The notes beneath the pieces were generated by a model. The model was given only the letters and a program-made list of their open reading frames with translations, was not told the DNA's origin and ran no database searches. The position numbers and the translations under genes are program-made. A DNA stretch of 64,000 nt from Acetobacteraceae bacterium (GTDB taxonomy: Bacteria; Pseudomonadota; Alphaproteobacteria; Acetobacterales; Acetobacteraceae): assembly GCA_031291795.1 (NCBI GenBank), contig JARLIJ010000021.1, positions 12,751 through 76,750 on the forward strand, written 5' to 3'. The first letter of the stretch is position 1. Each line of letters begins with the position of its first letter. Positions 60,380-64,000 of this stretch are shown piece by piece.

Positions 60380-61552
60380 TCAATCGACCGGTGTGACGGC
60401 GACAACATGGATCGCACCGCCGGGATCCTTCTTCAACCAGACCGGATTTTTGTTACAGCGATGATCGGCCGGCGTACAGGTGATCGGACCGCCGTACACG
60501 TCGGTCTGGAAGTTCGTGAGATGGTTCATGACGTCGATGAATTTTGCGCGTGTCAGATCATGGCCGGATTGGCGCAGGGCTTCGATCAGCACCTCGGCGC
60601 TGCCGATGCCGAACAGGTTGAACACCGACAGCCGGTCATCCGGATACAGCCTGGTGACTTCGGCGCGCCAGCTTGCGACGGCAGGATCGTCAGGCGTCAC
60701 CTTGACCATTGCGATGGTAACGAAGTTTGCGGTGGCGCCCGGCACGCCGACCTGTTCCTCGAACGCGGCGGGATCGCCGATGCCCGACTGGCCGATCGCC
60801 AGCGGCTTGAAGCCGAACTTCGCTGCGTCGCGCAGGAACACAGCCGCGGGCTTGGGATACAGCACCACGATCACCGCATCGGGATTGGCGGCCTTCAGGT
60901 GCAGCACCTGGGCGGTTGCGTCGTTGGCGTCGGGCGCCATCTCCTCATCGGCGACCGGGGTGATGCCTTTTTCCTTGAGCGTCGCCATCAGGGGATCGAG
61001 CCGCGAGCGGCCCCAGGAATCGTGCATGGCAATGATCGCGATGCGCTTGGCGCCCTGTTGCCGGGCGAACGCAACCTGCGCCTTGCTTTCGATTGTCGCA
61101 GTCAGGGCCGGGGAGAAAATCACGGGCGACACCGGTACAGTCAGCCCGTCATGCACGGCAGCGAACACCACCCAGGGGATGCCGGCCTTCTCGACGTCTT
61201 CGCGCACGGCGACGGCGGCATTGCTGCAACCCCCGCCGTCGATGGCGAAGACCTTGTCGTCGTAGATCAGTTTGCGCACGGCAGCGATTGCACCGGCGGG
61301 TTCGCAACGGTCATCCTCGCGGACCAGCACCAGCTTGCGGCCATTCACGCCGCCGGCTTCGTTGGCTTTGGCGAACGCGGCCTCCACGCCGTTCATCGCG
61401 AGCCGTCCATAGAGATAGCCGGGGCCGGCCATTGGACCGAACGTGCCGATCCTGATTTCGGTGTCGGTGACGCCTGGCACATCGTCGGCGCGGGCGGCGC
61501 CGGCGAGCAGCAAAGCCGCCATGGCAAACGGAATGAGTCGTGCCAGTCGCAT
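60380..61552 (-). CDS. LivK-type ABC substrate-binding protein
   Basis: Signal peptide, PGVTDTEIRIG, GGVNGRKL...DD. Confidence 0.93.
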   Translation of the reverse strand: MRLARLIPFAMAALLLAGAARADDVPGVTDTEIRIGTFGPMAGPGYLYGRLAMNGVEAAFAKANEAGGVNGRKLVLVREDDRCEPAGAIAAVRKLIYDDKVFAIDGGGCSNAAVAVREDVEKAGIPWVVFAAVHDGLTVPVSPVIFSPALTATIESKAQVAFARQQGAKRIAIIAMHDSWGRSRLDPLMATLKEKGITPVADEEMAPDANDATAQVLHLKAANPDAVIVVLYPKPAAVFLRDAAKFGFKPLAIGQSGIGDPAAFEEQVGVPGATANFVTIAMVKVTPDDPAVASWRAEVTRLYPDDRLSVFNLFGIGSAEVLIEALRQSGHDLTRAKFIDVMNHLTNFQTDVYGGPITCTPADHRCNKNPVWLKKDPGGAIHVVAVTPVD

Positions 61553-61640
61553 TGGATCCCCCTCGGCTTACCGCAATGCAACATTGCGGCGGCCGACGAC
61601 GGACCGCAATAGGATTGCACGGAGTACACAATAATACATG

Positions 61641-62381
61641 TCAGCCGAGGACGTAGCCGCCATCGGCGATGACGGTTTCGCCGGTGACGTAGCCGGCGGC
61701 AGGGGAGCAGAGCATCACGGCCATCTTGGCGATTTCCTCCGCCTCGCCCCAACGGCCCAGCGGCACGCGGGACAGGCCACGATCGCCGGACAGGCCTTTC
61801 TGCCTGGTGACCAGCGTCATGCGCGTCAGGCACCGTCCTGGGGCCAGCGCCAGCACGCGCACGCCGGACGGCCGCCATTCCACCGCGGCGCTGCGCGTCA
61901 GTTGCGCGACGGCAGCTTTCGCGGCGGCGTAGACTGCGCGGTTTTCGCCGCCGCAGAACGCGGTCTGCGAACTGATGTTCAGGATCACGCCGCTTCCGCG
62001 GGCCACCATGCCGGCCCCGAAGGCGCGCATCATCAAGGCCACGCCAAGGAAATCGACATCGATCAGCTGCCGCATCTCTGCCGTGCTGGTCTCCAGCAGC
62101 GGCTTTGCGGTCAGCACGCCGGCGTTGTTGACCAGCACGTCGACCGCGCCGGTGGCGGTGGCGAGTCGCTCGATCGATGCGGGATCGGACTGGTCGAACA
62201 CGTGCGCCTCGGCGCCGAGGCGTGCAGCGACGGGCAACAATGTCTCGCGCTCGACATCGGCCATCACCACCGTGGCGCCAGCCTCGCGGAACGCTGCCGT
62301 CATGGCCGCGCCGAAACCGTTGGCCGCGCCGGTGACCAGCACGCGCCGATCGGTGTAGTCCAGGTCGCGGGCGAGGCTCAT
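61641..62381 (-). CDS. Short-chain dehydrogenase/reductase
   Basis: TGAANGFG, NNAG, NISS, YAAAK, ADGG. Confidence 0.94.
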   Translation of the reverse strand: MSLARDLDYTDRRVLVTGAANGFGAAMTAAFREAGATVVMADVERETLLPVAARLGAEAHVFDQSDPASIERLATATGAVDVLVNNAGVLTAKPLLETSTAEMRQLIDVDFLGVALMMRAFGAGMVARGSGVILNISSQTAFCGGENRAVYAAAKAAVAQLTRSAAVEWRPSGVRVLALAPGRCLTRMTLVTRQKGLSGDRGLSRVPLGRWGEAEEIAKMAVMLCSPAAGYVTGETVIADGGYVLG

Positions 62382-63319
62382 GGCGCGTTCCTTTCGTTCA
62401 AGATCCAGCGCCGGTACGACAGCGCGCCCTCGGCCAGGCCGACGCGCGGCTCGAAGCCGAGGTCGCGTCGTGCGCGCGCGATGACGAGCGGACCGGTCTG
62501 GAAAGTGTTCCAGTTGGAACCTGAGAAGTCTTGTTCCAGGCGGACGCCCGGGATGGCGCGGGCGACCTCAGCTGCGACTTCTTCCGAGCTGGCGAGTGTT
62601 CCGGATGCGATATTGTAGACGCGAGTGGGAAGGGTGGGAGCATCCATGGCGGCAATCACCGCATCTGTGACGTCATCGACATGGATGTGCTGGCGGTTGC
62701 GCGCGGCCGGATCGGGCACGCGGGTCGGGCGGCCAGCCAGTGCATTTTCCACCAGCAGGCGCACGAAGCAGTCGGTGGTGCGGCCGGGTCCGTAACAAGA
62801 CGCCACGCGCAGCGCCACGCCATCCACGCCGTGTTCGGCAGCGTAGGCGTGCAGCAACGCCTCGCCGGCCGCCTTGGTCGCGCCATAGACGGTGGTCGGA
62901 CGCAGGATGGTGTCTTCGTCGACGGGCGCCTCGGTCGGTTGCGGACCATAGGCGAGGATGGAGGAGAACCAGACCACGCGGCGCACCTGGTGAATGCGGG
63001 CGGCTTCCAGAACGTCGACCAGGCCACCAACGTTCAACGCCACCACGCGCGACGGACTCTCCGGCCACACCATCGGCCCGGACGCGCCCCCGGCATGCAC
63101 GATCGCGCGGATCCGATGCCGCTGCATGACCTCATGCAAGCGATGCGCATCGCCGATCTCCTGCAATGCAACGTCGCATGGGGGCTCTGACGCGCGCTGG
63201 CGATCCATGCCGATCACGGCGTCCCCACGCGCGACCAGGCGGCGGGCGACGGCACTGCCAATCAGTCCGGTCAGGCCGGTAACCAGCACCGTCCCGTCTG
63301 CGTCCTGAGGGTCCTGCAT
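62378..63319 (-). CDS. NAD-dependent epimerase/dehydratase
   Basis: TGLTGLIG, SS..AYG, YGATK, YGPG, HVDDV. Confidence 0.92.
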   Translation of the reverse strand: MQDPQDADGTVLVTGLTGLIGSAVARRLVARGDAVIGMDRQRASEPPCDVALQEIGDAHRLHEVMQRHRIRAIVHAGGASGPMVWPESPSRVVALNVGGLVDVLEAARIHQVRRVVWFSSILAYGPQPTEAPVDEDTILRPTTVYGATKAAGEALLHAYAAEHGVDGVALRVASCYGPGRTTDCFVRLLVENALAGRPTRVPDPAARNRQHIHVDDVTDAVIAAMDAPTLPTRVYNIASGTLASSEEVAAEVARAIPGVRLEQDFSGSNWNTFQTGPLVIARARRDLGFEPRVGLAEGALSYRRWILNERNAP

Positions 63320-63353
63320 CGATGAAGCTGCTCCCCGGCGAGGTCTGCACTCT

Positions 63354-63368
63354 TGTATTTAGGATACA
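63354..63368. promoter_or_regulatory. Putative GntR-type operator in divergent promoter
   Basis: TGTAT-TTAGG-ATACA inverted repeat in an AT-rich intergenic region. Confidence 0.45.
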
Positions 63369-63431
63369 TGATACGCAAAATGGCGCCAGGGGCCCCGCCG
63401 GGCCAAATGGTACGACAGCGAGTGAGGCGTG

Positions 63432-64000
63432 ATGATCCACGACGATCCTCGGATTGAAGTCAGCCGGCGCTGGGTGGTGAGCGACGTGTTCGACCGCGGC
63501 CTGCCGCCGCACTTGGCGTGGCAGCACGACAATGTTTCCGAGCCGGACTGGAAGTTGCCGATCCCGTCGGAATGCCTGGCTGAGATCGATGCCGCCGTGC
63601 AGACACTGCGCGCGCATCCCGTGCCAACCCTTGTGCTGACGCCAGCGGAATTCGCGATGCCCGCCTGTCGCCACCTGATGGGCCGGGTGAAGGCCGTGCT
63701 GGACGACGGCGTCGGCTTCGTGGTGCTGGATCGCCTGCCGGTCGATCGTTACGACAAGGCGGAGCTGACGACGATCTACTGGCTGTTGAGCCAGATGATC
63801 GCGCGACCGGTGGCGCAGGCCTTCCAAGGCACGCTGCTCTATGACGTGCACGATACGGGACAGAAGACCAGTACGCGAGTGCGCGCCGACCTGACCAACG
63901 AGGATCTGAGCTGGCACACCGATTACGGCTTCAACCATCCCCCGCCCTATATCGGCCTGCTGGTCCTGCGCACCGCCCGTTCCGGTGGCGAATCATCAAC
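63432..64000 (+). CDS. TauD/TfdA-family Fe(II)/2-oxoglutarate dioxygenase (runs off right edge)
   Basis: Manual translation MIHDDPRIEV...LDDGVGFVVLDRLP...LSWHTDYG...IGLLVLRTARSGGES; HxD metal motif. Confidence 0.88.
   Translation, partial: MIHDDPRIEVSRRWVVSDVFDRGLPPHLAWQHDNVSEPDWKLPIPSECLAEIDAAVQTLRAHPVPTLVLTPAEFAMPACRHLMGRVKAVLDDGVGFVVLDRLPVDRYDKAELTTIYWLLSQMIARPVAQAFQGTLLYDVHDTGQKTSTRVRADLTNEDLSWHTDYGFNHPPPYIGLLVLRTARSGGESS

Noticed and set aside
63132-63938. 268-aa minus-strand ORF
   Set aside because: Shadow of the plus-strand TauD-like gene, which the ORF track misses because it is truncated by the window

Overview
GC-rich alphaproteobacterial DNA; gene content and order suggest Rhodospirillales/Acetobacteraceae (inference). 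1 to ~40 kb is a large flagellar and chemotaxis cluster: DUF6468-fliM-fliL, flhB-fliR-fliQ-fliE-flgC-flgB, fliJ-fliI-cheR-cheB-cheW-cheA(hybrid), motB-motA, flgN-flgJ-flgI, flgF-G-A-H, flhA-flbD-fliN-fliH-fliG-fliF, flgD-fliK. It is interrupted by about eight orphan ORFs, a degenerate mini-chemoreceptor, a lytic transglycosylase, a TPR/ATP-grasp protein and a LuxR-type response regulator. The most notable signal is regulatory. The usual positions of cckA, chpT, ctrA, sciP and cheY are empty or hold orphans. FlbD carries GAFLGA instead of GAFTGA and has a degenerate receiver. A CCTATA(T/A) sigma70-family -10 element recurs upstream of many transcription units. Together these suggest a rewired, possibly CtrA- and sigma54-independent flagellar regulon. 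40-49.5 kb is a mosaic: RpiR regulator, lone GspC/XpsN-like gene, Tat-exported phospholipase C, PEP-CTERM protein, sdaA with a structured leader, class II aldolase, orphan amino-acid binding protein and a truncated alditol oxidase. 49.5-64 kb is a GntR-associated catabolic cluster: TauABC-like and Liv-like ABC transporters, hydantoinase/oxoprolinase A and B, SDR, epimerase and a TauD-like dioxygenase. No rRNA, tRNA, CRISPR array or transposase was recognised. All calls are from reading the sequence; no database searches were run.
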